Counted from the first letter of the stretch, positions 1-7,852 are shown. The stretch: 19,266 bases of DNA from a virus (IMGVR_UViG_2778261453_000019); one strand, 5' to 3'. Translations and numbers: made by a program. The notes: generated from the letters alone by a model not told the origin.

Positions 1-996
1 CTAACGAACCAGCCAGACCAGCATCAGGATAATCGCGACTAACAGTATCCACAGCGCGGGACGCGTTGCCATATTTTGCAACGTGTCCATCATCGGTGGA
101 AAAGGATTAAGCAGCGGTTGCATATCACGCGGATCAATCCCTTTAACCCGCCGTTGATAAAGCTGATTAAGAATATCCTCGGCCTGGGCAGAAGAAAGCG
201 ATGATTGCGCAGAAAGACCATATTTTTGCTGGATATACGCCGATAACGCTGCCAGTTCACTGGCATCTAAAGGTTGTTTTAGCGCCATCTGTAGTGATTC
301 CAGTGTCGGCGTATTTTGCTGGCTTAGCGTCTGACGCGCCTGTAGCCAGGTCACCAGATGGTTAAACAGTTTCGCTGGAATTAACTCGCCATCTTTCACC
401 CCGGAAAGTTCCAGCATCGATTGCCAGATCTGTTTGCTGGGTTCCCCCGTTGCCGCCGCAAGTTTGGTCACCAGCTGTTTAAGCGCATTGTGCTCCGCCG
501 GTAATAAAGGACGGTCGGTCGCCTCGCGCTGCTGCGGTTGCGGAATAACCATCTTCCCTTCCTGCAACAGGGTGAGAATGGTTTTTAATTGCTCCGGTGA
601 GAGCTGATTCAGCGGCGTCTGACCAAAGTTATGACGGATATAATCCGTGACCGCCTGACGATTATTCCCCAGACGTAAATACTCCCCTAATTGCGCTAAA
701 AGCTGGCGGGCAGAATGGCTTTTTTGCGCGGCCAGCAGACGTTGCGCCAGGTTGTGTTCAGCGGCAGGGAAGTGACGCGAAAGCAGCGGTGAATCTCCCG
801 ACAGACCAATATCGTGCCTGATACCCGCCCACAGTTCTGCTCTTTGCTGTTGCGTCAGTGAGGTCACTTTCGTCATTAAGCTTTCCAGCGAAGTACGTTG
901 CTGACTGGATAAAGGCTGATTGCCCGCGCCAGACGGCAGGTTATCTCCCTGACCTGGTGGTTGCCCAGGAGGAGGGCCGGAAATAGGTTGTATCAT
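1..996 (-). CDS. flk: Flk flagellar regulator (host chromosomal gene) with C-terminal membrane anchor
   Basis: 331-aa ORF recognised from memory as enterobacterial Flk (MIQPISGPPPGQPPGQ... with hydrophobic C-terminal anchor ALWILLVAIILMLVWLVR); host-like composition; stop codon at window positions 1-3. Confidence 0.8.
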   Translation of the reverse strand: MIQPISGPPPGQPPGQGDNLPSGAGNQPLSSQQRTSLESLMTKVTSLTQQQRAELWAGIRHDIGLSGDSPLLSRHFPAAEHNLAQRLLAAQKSHSARQLLAQLGEYLRLGNNRQAVTDYIRHNFGQTPLNQLSPEQLKTILTLLQEGKMVIPQPQQREATDRPLLPAEHNALKQLVTKLAAATGEPSKQIWQSMLELSGVKDGELIPAKLFNHLVTWLQARQTLSQQNTPTLESLQMALKQPLDASELAALSAYIQQKYGLSAQSSLSSAQAEDILNQLYQRRVKGIDPRDMQPLLNPFPPMMDTLQNMATRPALWILLVAIILMLVWLVR

Positions 997-1200
997 TACG
1001 TATCCTTATACCTGAAATCTTCGCAAGTATGCCTGGCCGCGAGATTATGGCACACTTGTCCGGTTAACTCTCGTCTCATACAGGTAACACAAACGTGAAA
1101 ATCCTTGTTGATGAAAAAAACAAAGATTTAATTTATTGATATAAAAGGATTTGTATCAGCGTATGTCCACGCAGTGACCACATTTTCGAGAGGTAGAGTA

Positions 1201-1220
1201 AGCCCGCAACATTGCGGGCT
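1201..1220. terminator. Perfect 9-bp inverted repeat (AGCCCGCAA / TTGCGGGCT) immediately 3' of the methyltransferase stop; terminator-like hairpin, orientation ambiguous
   Basis: Palindrome read directly; followed on plus strand by TTGTCTT, on minus strand no U-tract. Confidence 0.45.
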
Positions 1221-1225
1221 TTGTC

Positions 1226-2017
1226 TTATGGTTCGATCGCCGTTTTGAGCCGTTGTGTTGCTACATCAAAATAATGATCACTGGTTTCTATACCAATAAA
1301 TTTGCGTCCTGCTTTCAGTGCAGCCACACCCGTTGTCCCTGACCCCATAAAAGGATCAAGGACTGTTCCGCCACTATTCACAGTCCTGACCAGTTCCGCC
1401 ATTAGTTCTTCTGGTTTTCCGGTCGGGTGCATTTTCTTTGACGGGATAACCGGGAACGTCATGCAGCCGTCGAACGGTCCCGAAGGCGATTTATCTAAAT
1501 GGCCTTTGCTGCCCCAGACGATGTATTCGCACTGATGCCGGAAATACCCGGTATGTGGTGTTCGTGACCCCCTCCCTTTGTTCCACGCAATAATGCCGCG
1601 CCATGTAAAGCCACTGGCCTGAAACGCATCGGTTAAAGCTGGTAGTTGTCGCCAGTCAGTAAATACCAGGGCATAACCGCCCGGCCTGACTGCGCGGTGT
1701 GCCTGTGCCATCCATAATTGTGTCCAGTAAGCCCACGAACGGGCGTCCATGTTTTCACCCGCGAACCCATCAAAGCGGTGAAGGTTCTCGCCGTTCAGAT
1801 ATTTTGCATGGCTGCCCTGGTTGATGCGTCCGGCCTTGTGTGTCGCCCCCGAACTGTAAGGCGGGTCAGTGATTAAGGCATCAATGCTTTCTGGCTCAAT
1901 CAGCGGCAATATTTCCAGCGCATTCCCACGACAGAGCATGGCATTGTCAGTCTGATAAACCTTAGTGTGTTCCGGTGTATGTGCTGGTTGGTGCTGGATT
2001 GCGATCCCCACGGTCAT
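1226..2017 (-). CDS. DNA methyltransferase, beta-class (motif IV DPPY N-terminal, motif I DPFMGSGTTG C-terminal); probably N6-adenine specific, orphan (no cognate endonuclease in window)
   Basis: 263-aa ORF containing DPPY at residues ~51-54 and FMGSGTTG near the C-terminus; motif order IV before I defines beta group; true start could be the internal ATG at 1939 (MLCRGN...). Confidence 0.85.
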   Translation of the reverse strand: MTVGIAIQHQPAHTPEHTKVYQTDNAMLCRGNALEILPLIEPESIDALITDPPYSSGATHKAGRINQGSHAKYLNGENLHRFDGFAGENMDARSWAYWTQLWMAQAHRAVRPGGYALVFTDWRQLPALTDAFQASGFTWRGIIAWNKGRGSRTPHTGYFRHQCEYIVWGSKGHLDKSPSGPFDGCMTFPVIPSKKMHPTGKPEELMAELVRTVNSGGTVLDPFMGSGTTGVAALKAGRKFIGIETSDHYFDVATQRLKTAIEP

Positions 2018-2159
2018 AACTCCTCATGTGTGTGGGGTGCTCGATGGCTCTCGTTATCTGGTTAAGTGTTTTGCAGCGCGGACATTTTATTTCAATGTAG
2101 TGAAATGAGGCGCGGGCAAGTAGTTTGTTGCAATTTTTGCATCGTACATTTTGCGTCAT
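1962..2159 (-). CDS. com: Com-like zinc-finger translational regulator (phage Mu Com family)
   Basis: 65 aa from the ATG at 2159 (AGAGG SD 7 nt upstream); CKNCNKLL...IEIKCPRCK closely matches recalled Mu Com (CKNCNKLL...IEIRCPRCK); 3' end overlaps the methyltransferase start by 56 nt as com overlaps mom in Mu. Confidence 0.75.
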   Translation of the reverse strand: MTQNVRCKNCNKLLARASFHYIEIKCPRCKTLNQITRAIEHPTHMRSYDRGDRNPAPTSTYTGTH

Positions 2160-2204
2160 TTGCGGCACCTCTTGTGTGGTTACTGCTGCCGATATGATAA
2201 CAAA

Positions 2205-2242
2205 TCGATCGTTTTTATCGATCGGATTTATTGCATCGATCT
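2205..2242 (-). promoter_or_regulatory. Cluster of three GATC (Dam) sites inside three ATCGATC heptamer repeats, 48-82 bp upstream of com start; candidate methylation-sensitive promoter/operator
   Basis: GATC at 2207-2210, 2220-2223, 2238-2241, each within ATCGATC; position upstream of com-methyltransferase operon. Confidence 0.5.
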
Positions 2243-2271
2243 GTTATGCCTATTGCTTATGGATGGGGATA

Positions 2272-2306
2272 CCAAAAAGAAAACCCGCAGTTTTTACGCT
2301 ACGGGC
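2272..2306 (-). terminator. Rho-independent terminator downstream of hok-like ORF (minus strand hairpin CCCGTAGCG..CTGCGGG followed by TTTTCTTTTTGG)
   Basis: Stem-loop plus U-tract read on minus strand. Confidence 0.55.
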
Positions 2307-2363
2307 TTGTTGTTCATGTCTGTGAGATAGGGTGCCTTATCGACCTTACCCTGGCAACCGATT

Positions 2364-2385
2364 GACGGGGGATTACTCCCCCGTC
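2364..2385 (-). other. Perfect GC-rich stem-loop (GACGGGGGA-TTAC-TCCCCCGTC) 10 nt after the hok-like stop; likely mRNA 3' structural element
   Basis: 9-bp perfect stem read directly; no U-tract follows, so not a classic terminator. Confidence 0.5.
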
Positions 2386-2394
2386 GCGGTTTCC

Positions 2395-2535
2395 TTACTG
2401 CTTACACTGTAAGAACGCCGCAAACTCCGCTCCCCAGAAGCTCATCCGTATTTCACACAGCGAACCGTGCAGCATCCAGATGATGAGGATTACCGTCACG
2501 CAGAACGTGATGGCCGTAAGCGATTTTTGCGACAT
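2395..2535 (-). CDS. Hok/Gef-family type I toxin-like small membrane protein (46 aa)
   Basis: Unlisted small ORF MSQKSLTAITFCVTVILIIWMLHGSLCEIRMSFWGAEFAAFLQCKQ: one N-terminal TM helix, SLCEI and E-x-AAF-L-x-CK motifs matching recalled HokA/Hok signatures; AAAGGAG SD 8 nt upstream; structured leader with a short upstream ORF (mok-like). Confidence 0.6.
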   Translation of the reverse strand: MSQKSLTAITFCVTVILIIWMLHGSLCEIRMSFWGAEFAAFLQCKQ

Positions 2536-2726
2536 AGCGCTTGCTCCTTTGTTGGAGAGGCGCTAACCTATCACTTGCTTAAGGTAGATATGTTAGGGCC
2601 TCGGTTAAACAGAAATGTTTTCCGGGGCCTTTCCACATCTGGCCTTCGGGTATTCCCTCCGACCATCAGCCGAAAGGCACCCGCGCGTAATCTATCGCTT
2701 TTTTGTTGCTCCGGCAATTCTGCCTG

Positions 2727-2987
2727 TTAATTCTGAGGTAAAGGCAAACTCATCTGATTGTTTCCCCTGTGTGAAGCTGGCAGTTCATGCCACGGGATAC
2801 CTTCTGAAGAGTGAACGCCGGAGGCGTGTTTTGATGTGAATTTATGGAAAGCTTCCAGTGTTGAGAAGCATACGCCGCATTCCAGATTGTTACACTGGTA
2901 ATACTTTTGCCGCACGGTGTTTGAATCATTTTCCGGACGACTGGTGCGGATACGGGCAGATGCGCCACAAAGCGGACAACGGAACAT
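2727..2987 (-). CDS. ogr: Ogr/Delta-family zinc-finger late transcription activator
   Basis: 86-aa ORF MFRCPLCGASARIRTSR...YYQCNNLEC matches recalled P2 Ogr (MFHCPLCQHAAHARTSR...YHQCQNVNC) C-x2-C-x22-C-x4-C; strong SD AAGGGAGG. Confidence 0.85.
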   Translation of the reverse strand: MFRCPLCGASARIRTSRPENDSNTVRQKYYQCNNLECGVCFSTLEAFHKFTSKHASGVHSSEGIPWHELPASHRGNNQMSLPLPQN

Positions 2988-3071
2988 AGCGACCTCCCTT
3001 AACGTGGTGCTGCTACCATTCTAAGTTGTCCCAATTCAGATTCCAACTGACAGCCCTCCCTGAGTGAGGAG

Positions 3072-4142
3072 CTATCTATAGTCTTCCCATGAGTTTTCAT
3101 CGACACAAAATTCAATACCAGCATCCAGTCCATTTATGTGCAAATTAAACTCATCATTGATAAACTGGCCTTCGTCTATTTCAAAGAATAATTCTAGTTC
3201 TACTGTAAAATCCTTTTCCTCCTCCTCGTGATTAGATACGGTGTCAAAGGTATAAAATTTTCCATCCTCTTTGTCATAATAGCCGTTTGCGGTATCAGGT
3301 CCGCTGGCAGTGACATTAAAACTAACAGTAACATCAAAAGTAATTTGACAACTTTCGTCATCCAAATGAATTATTTTGGGTTCGAATTCGCTTATGTTCG
3401 TAATTTCAAAGCTATCAATCTCTGAGTCTTCCCATGTTGAAGAATTATAAGCTTCAGCAGTTTCTAATTCTTCCGTTAATTTTTGTATGATTTCTTCATT
3501 TTTGCTTTCTAAAAAACGTTCTATAAATCCAGTTCTTTCGTCATTGTGTTTGTTGTAATCATCTAGTAGTAAGTTTAGTGCTCCTATAATTATGAAATTA
3601 TCATTGTCTTCACAGTAACCTTTTAGGTCAGGGTCTTCTGAAACCACATAAATTTTTTCATTATCTCCTAGCGCGGAACGTATTGCTAAAAGAGTGAAGG
3701 CGTCTCGAAATTCGTTAGGTTTTTTCGCACTAAAGGGGCTTTTTTTATCAAAGTACATGTCTATAACCTCATTGAGGTCCACCTTCGACATATCTACAAT
3801 AGTTGTGTTTGAGTCCTCCATGAAACCATTAAATGCGCTTAATGCCTTTTCTTGAATGTCTGTTTCATTAATTTCACAAAATAGATTTTTAATATTGTCA
3901 TCTTCATATTCTTTGAGGATAACAGCCTTTCGTCGGAAATTGTTAATCCCTTTCAATGCTTCTTGTATATGCTCTATGATTTTTCGTTCAACTTCTTTAA
4001 CTACAATTGTTGTAGAAATATGCCTGAACTCATCATTTCTACATAGTTCTTCAAATGATTTTATAGTTTTTGAGTTGAAGTCCAGGTTTGCTTTTACAAA
4101 AAACTCAGTATCAATGAATACATTGCGGGTAACTAGAGACAT
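3072..4142 (-). CDS. AT-rich cargo protein of unknown function (356 aa); N-terminal domain with PIN-like acidic-residue pattern (tentative), highly acidic C-terminal domain; candidate defence/exclusion moron
   Basis: Long ORF with strong SD (AAAGGAG 8 nt upstream of ATG at 4142); visibly AT-rich versus flanking phage genes; inserted between D and ogr, which are adjacent in P2. Confidence 0.85.
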   Translation of the reverse strand: MSLVTRNVFIDTEFFVKANLDFNSKTIKSFEELCRNDEFRHISTTIVVKEVERKIIEHIQEALKGINNFRRKAVILKEYEDDNIKNLFCEINETDIQEKALSAFNGFMEDSNTTIVDMSKVDLNEVIDMYFDKKSPFSAKKPNEFRDAFTLLAIRSALGDNEKIYVVSEDPDLKGYCEDNDNFIIIGALNLLLDDYNKHNDERTGFIERFLESKNEEIIQKLTEELETAEAYNSSTWEDSEIDSFEITNISEFEPKIIHLDDESCQITFDVTVSFNVTASGPDTANGYYDKEDGKFYTFDTVSNHEEEEKDFTVELELFFEIDEGQFINDEFNLHINGLDAGIEFCVDENSWEDYR

Positions 4143-4314
4143 TTTCCAACTCCTTTTAATATATTAACCCAAATGAGGTAACATCATAAAAGATCACATA
4201 GTCACTTGTATTGGTATCTTGAGTCAAGAGAATATGATGGCGCTTACAATTTTTGTGACAAGGCTAGATGTCAGACTGTTAAGTGCTATAAGCGAGTTAA
4301 TATATTTAAGTTGC

Positions 4315-5415
4315 TCACTCTGTTTCCGCTATCCATTCCGGGATTTTTGCCTCAAGTTCAAGCTGCGTGGTAAAGCCGCTGTTATCAATGGTGTGCTCGG
4401 CTTTTGCAATAATCCAGTCCTGATTATCAATCTCGCTTTTAAATCCTGTTACCGTGCCATGCATTTCGGGGTAGAGTTCTGCACGACCACGTGCCAGCGT
4501 GATGGAGAATGATGCGGCTCCGCGTTGTAGCTGCTGCCACTTTGCCGCCGCTGCGCGTCTTGCTGCCTGTTCGTTCTGATAAGTCTTGCGTAACACAAAC
4601 ACGTTGCCTTCCGCACCTTCCATATAGTCACCTTCACGGCTGCTGCTTTTCTCCTTTTTCGGTTTGCGGCGTTTCACGCTGACTTTTTTCTTTTTCCCGT
4701 AATTAAGATCAAGCCAGTAAGCGCGTACCCCCGTATACGCTTCGCGGTCAGCAATGCGGAACTGATGGCGATCGCCACTGCTGCGCGTGATGGCGAACGA
4801 GGGCAACGGCTGGCCCTGTGCGTTCACGCCACCGCCTGGCATGATGAATAACAGATTACCGCTTTTTACCGTGGTGATTGCGCCCAGCATTTCCGCCATG
4901 CGCGTAAGGAAGGACATGTCGCTTTCTTCGGTCTGGTCGGCGTGGTCGATTTCAATATCCATCAGCATTTCGCTGATTTGTGGTTTCAGACCGTACCGAT
5001 GAGCGATGGCGGATACCACGCGCTCAACGGTCACATCATGCCAGGACACCTCACGTTTAACGTTAAATTCATCCCGAAAATCTGCGCTTCTGGCTGAAAC
5101 AGTCAGCCTGTCCGGCGGTCCTTCGTGAGCGATTTCATCAACAATGTAAGTGCCTTTTTCTGTCAGCGGTTCTCCTTTCCAGCCAATGAGAACCGTCAGG
5201 CGCGCGCCCCGTGGCGGTAGCTGCAACTGACCATCCGCATCATCCAGCGTGATGGTGAGCTGGTCCGCTTCAAATCCCCGGTTGTCGGTCAGTGACAGAC
5301 TCATCAGGCGCTCTGCCACGCCGGACAGCGTTTCCCCCTCCGCGAGAATATCAAAATCCGGCATTTTCACGGGGTCTGTGCTCTGTCTGAGCAATTGCAT
5401 GGTGGTGTCGGTCAT
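4315..5415 (-). CDS. D: P2 gpD-like tail protein (late control gene D)
   Basis: Family recognised from translation; start set at internal ATG 5415 (MTDTTMQ...) preceded by GGGAGGG SD rather than ORF-track start 5436. Confidence 0.85.
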   Translation of the reverse strand: MTDTTMQLLRQSTDPVKMPDFDILAEGETLSGVAERLMSLSLTDNRGFEADQLTITLDDADGQLQLPPRGARLTVLIGWKGEPLTEKGTYIVDEIAHEGPPDRLTVSARSADFRDEFNVKREVSWHDVTVERVVSAIAHRYGLKPQISEMLMDIEIDHADQTEESDMSFLTRMAEMLGAITTVKSGNLLFIMPGGGVNAQGQPLPSFAITRSSGDRHQFRIADREAYTGVRAYWLDLNYGKKKKVSVKRRKPKKEKSSSREGDYMEGAEGNVFVLRKTYQNEQAARRAAAAKWQQLQRGAASFSITLARGRAELYPEMHGTVTGFKSEIDNQDWIIAKAEHTIDNSGFTTQLELEAKIPEWIAETE

Positions 5416-5571
5416 CTTTCCCTCCCTGTGCGGCATGGTCGCATGTGCGTGCGGAGTGGGTTACTGCTTTTTGTTGTCGCCGTGGCGGGAGAACGGCGCA
5501 GGGGTGAGATTACGCGCGTGGTGGGTGATGATTGTTGCCGAATCATTTAACGGATACAAGGGGCTGAAGCT

Positions 5572-6756
5572 ATGAGTGAAACTCGTTTTCATGGTGCCCG
5601 TGTCACGGAAAGTACCGACCTGGTAACAGCGATTAATGATGTTGATTCCAGCGTTATCGGTATCGTGGCAACGGCGGATGATGCGGATGCGGAGCTGTTC
5701 CCGCTGAACAAGCCCACACTGCTGACCCGCGTCAATGACGTGCTGGGAAAATGCGGGACTACGGGGACGCTTTATCGTGCGCTTAAGGCTATCGCAGACC
5801 AGGTGAGCACAAAAGTGATCGTCGTTCGCGTGGCTGAACACAAAGAAGAAGACGGTAGGACGCAGGATCAACTGGTTATCGGTGGTTCTGAATCTGACGG
5901 CAGCTATACGGGGATGTATGCGCTGCTTGTTGCAGAGCAGGATGAAAGCATCGGATACCGTCCGCGTATTCTGGCCGCGCCGGAGCTGGACACGGAGGCG
6001 GTGACAAAATCCCTGTGCGTGATTGCGGGTAAACTGCGCGCGTTTGTGTATGCCTCATGTCATGACTGTAACACGATGGCTGAGGCAATTACCTACCGCC
6101 AGAAATTCAACGAACGTGAGGTGATGCTCTTATGGCCGGACTTCATCGCCTACAACCCGAAAAGTGGCAAAAACGAAACGTTCCCCGCGCCTGCCTATGC
6201 GTGCGGCCTTCGTGCGTACATTGACCATGAGCAGGGCTGGCACAAATCGCTGTCCAACGTTCCGGTTAAAAATGTGCTGGGGATGTCCAGGCATGTGTTC
6301 TGGTCGTTGCAGGCCGAAGACAGTGATGCCAACAGCCTCAACAACAAAGAAATCACGACCATTATTCGTCGCAACGGGTTCCGCTTCTGGGGCAACCGCA
6401 CACCGGAAACGAACGCCTACATCTTTGAGGTGTATACCCGAACCGCACAGGTGCTGGCTGATTCAATTGCGGAAGCGCAGTTTGAAACCATCGACAGTCC
6501 ACTGACGCCTGCGAACGTGAAAGATGTTATCAGTGCCATCAGGGCAAAACTGGATTCACTGGTTACTGCCGGGAAACTGATTGGGGCGTCGTGCTGGTAT
6601 GACGTGGTGGATAACGGCACCACGAATTTACGTCAGGGGCGCGTGCGTATTCGCTACAAATATACGCCTGTTCCCCCGCTGGAAGACATGGAGCTTTACC
6701 AGTCGTTTACTGATGAATTCTTTGGTCCCGCATTTGCGGTGCTGGGAGGTGCCTGA
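5572..6756 (+). CDS. FI: Contractile tail sheath protein (P2 gpFI-like)
   Basis: 394 aa (P2 FI ~396 aa); sequence family recognised; followed by tube gene with TGATG overlap. Confidence 0.9.
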   Translation: MSETRFHGARVTESTDLVTAINDVDSSVIGIVATADDADAELFPLNKPTLLTRVNDVLGKCGTTGTLYRALKAIADQVSTKVIVVRVAEHKEEDGRTQDQLVIGGSESDGSYTGMYALLVAEQDESIGYRPRILAAPELDTEAVTKSLCVIAGKLRAFVYASCHDCNTMAEAITYRQKFNEREVMLLWPDFIAYNPKSGKNETFPAPAYACGLRAYIDHEQGWHKSLSNVPVKNVLGMSRHVFWSLQAEDSDANSLNNKEITTIIRRNGFRFWGNRTPETNAYIFEVYTRTAQVLADSIAEAQFETIDSPLTPANVKDVISAIRAKLDSLVTAGKLIGASCWYDVVDNGTTNLRQGRVRIRYKYTPVPPLEDMELYQSFTDEFFGPAFAVLGGA

Positions 6757-7268
6757 TGGCTGTACCAAAACATCTTCGCTTTTTTACGCTGTTTGTGGAT
6801 GGTGAAAACGAAGTGGGTAAGGTGACGTCCGTCACTCTGCCTAAGCTGACGCGCAAAACCGACAGCTACCGGGGTGGTGGCATGATGGGTGCGGTAAGTA
6901 TTGATCTCGGTCTGGACGACTCCGCGCTTGATGCGAGCTTTGTCATGGGGGGCGCAGTTCGTGAGCTGTTCCTTAAGTATGGCGGCACGATTGACGGCAC
7001 GCTGCTGCGTTTTGCGGGTGAATACTACACCGATGCAGAAAGCGACTTGTATGAAGTCGAAATGCGCGGACGTGTGACGGAAATTGATATGGGGGAAGCC
7101 AAACAGGGCGAAGCCACATCACACACTTACGCCATTAAAAACACCTACTACAAGCTGAGCGTTAACGATCGCCCGTTGTGGGAGATTGACCTGCTGAACT
7201 TCATTTACCGGAAGGACGGCAAGGACATTGTGCCCGATCGCATCCGTTCCGCGCTTGGGCTTGGCTGA
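6756..7268 (+). CDS. FII: Tail tube protein (P2 gpFII-like)
   Basis: 170 aa, position after sheath gene; family recognised. Confidence 0.9.
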   Translation: MAVPKHLRFFTLFVDGENEVGKVTSVTLPKLTRKTDSYRGGGMMGAVSIDLGLDDSALDASFVMGGAVRELFLKYGGTIDGTLLRFAGEYYTDAESDLYEVEMRGRVTEIDMGEAKQGEATSHTYAIKNTYYKLSVNDRPLWEIDLLNFIYRKDGKDIVPDRIRSALGLG

Positions 7269-7322
7269 TAAGTAATATGCAGGCGGCGCAGTGCGTCGCC
7301 TCTGACTGAAAGGAGTTTCCTG

Positions 7323-7688
7323 ATGAAAGAGACGAAAAACATCGATACCGAAAACACGGTAGTTACTGACACTGTGAAAGAAACCAGTGAGCGTGGCGTA
7401 AAACTTACCCAACCAATTGAGCGAGGCGGCGAAAAAATCACGTATGTGGAGATCACCGGGGCTATTGAGCAGGCTGGATCTCTGCGAGATTTGTCGCTGT
7501 CTGATGTGCTGAATCTGAAAGCGGAATCCATGTTTACGCTGCTGTCACGCGTGACATCACCGCGACTGGATGAAGTGACGATCAAAAAAATGGCATCCCG
7601 TGACTTTATTCAGTTATGTGTGGTTGCCGTAAATTTTTTGAGCGGTGCGGACTCTGGCGGGAAGAACGAACAGGCGACGGAAGCCTGA
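7323..7688 (+). CDS. E: Tail assembly chaperone (P2 gpE-like), zero-frame product
   Basis: 121-aa ORF between tube and tape-measure genes with AAAGGAG SD; contains slippery TTTTTTG. Confidence 0.8.
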   Translation: MKETKNIDTENTVVTDTVKETSERGVKLTQPIERGGEKITYVEITGAIEQAGSLRDLSLSDVLNLKAESMFTLLSRVTSPRLDEVTIKKMASRDFIQLCVVAVNFLSGADSGGKNEQATEA

Positions 7689-7852
7689 TCACGGTTGTGT
7701 GCTTTGAGTACATAGAAGACTTTGTGGCGGATATTGCCGCCATTTTTAACTGGTCGCCCGCCGAAATCTTCATGATGACGCCCGGCGAAGTGGTTAGCTG
7801 GCGTGAGCGGGCGGCACTTCGCAGCGGGAATGCAGACAATGAAGACTCTTGA
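7323..7852 (+). CDS. Tail assembly chaperone E+E' fusion made by programmed -1 ribosomal frameshift at T TTT TTG (7634-7640)
   Basis: The -1 frame ORF (7616..7852) overlaps the E 3' end and is entered exactly at the TTTTTTG heptamer; conserved E/E' (lambda G/GT-like) architecture. Confidence 0.7.
7634..7640 (+). promoter_or_regulatory. Slippery heptamer TTTTTTG for -1 programmed frameshift
   Basis: Read directly; matches canonical P2 E/E' slippery sequence. Confidence 0.7.

Noticed and set aside
1201-1220. The 9-bp palindrome considered as an att core or recombinase site
   Set aside because: It is a single isolated hairpin directly after a stop codon with no second copy in the window; a terminator-like element is more parsimonious.
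2467-2839. Plus-strand ORFs of 87 and 74 aa (2467..2730, 2615..2839)
   Set aside because: They overlap the structured hok-like leader and run antisense to the ogr 3' end, with no SD and odd composition; the region is better explained as hok mRNA leader/possible antisense RNA.
2750-2968. 72-aa minus-strand ORF nested inside ogr in another frame
   Set aside because: Alternative frame of the Ogr coding region; the Ogr frame carries the zinc-finger motif and the SD.
3228-4167. Plus-strand ORFs (65 and 103 aa) antisense to the AT-rich cargo gene
   Set aside because: Low-complexity, stop-poor antisense frames typical of AT-rich DNA; no ribosome-binding sites.
5437-5571. P2-type late promoter (TGT-N12-ACA dyad) upstream of FI
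   Set aside because: Several TGT triplets are present but none is followed by ACA at 12-nt spacing (closest is TGT-N12-AGA near 5494); not callable without alignment to known late promoters.
5461-5871. 136-aa minus-strand ORF overlapping the FI start region
   Set aside because: Antisense to the well-supported sheath gene; no homology features; likely spurious.
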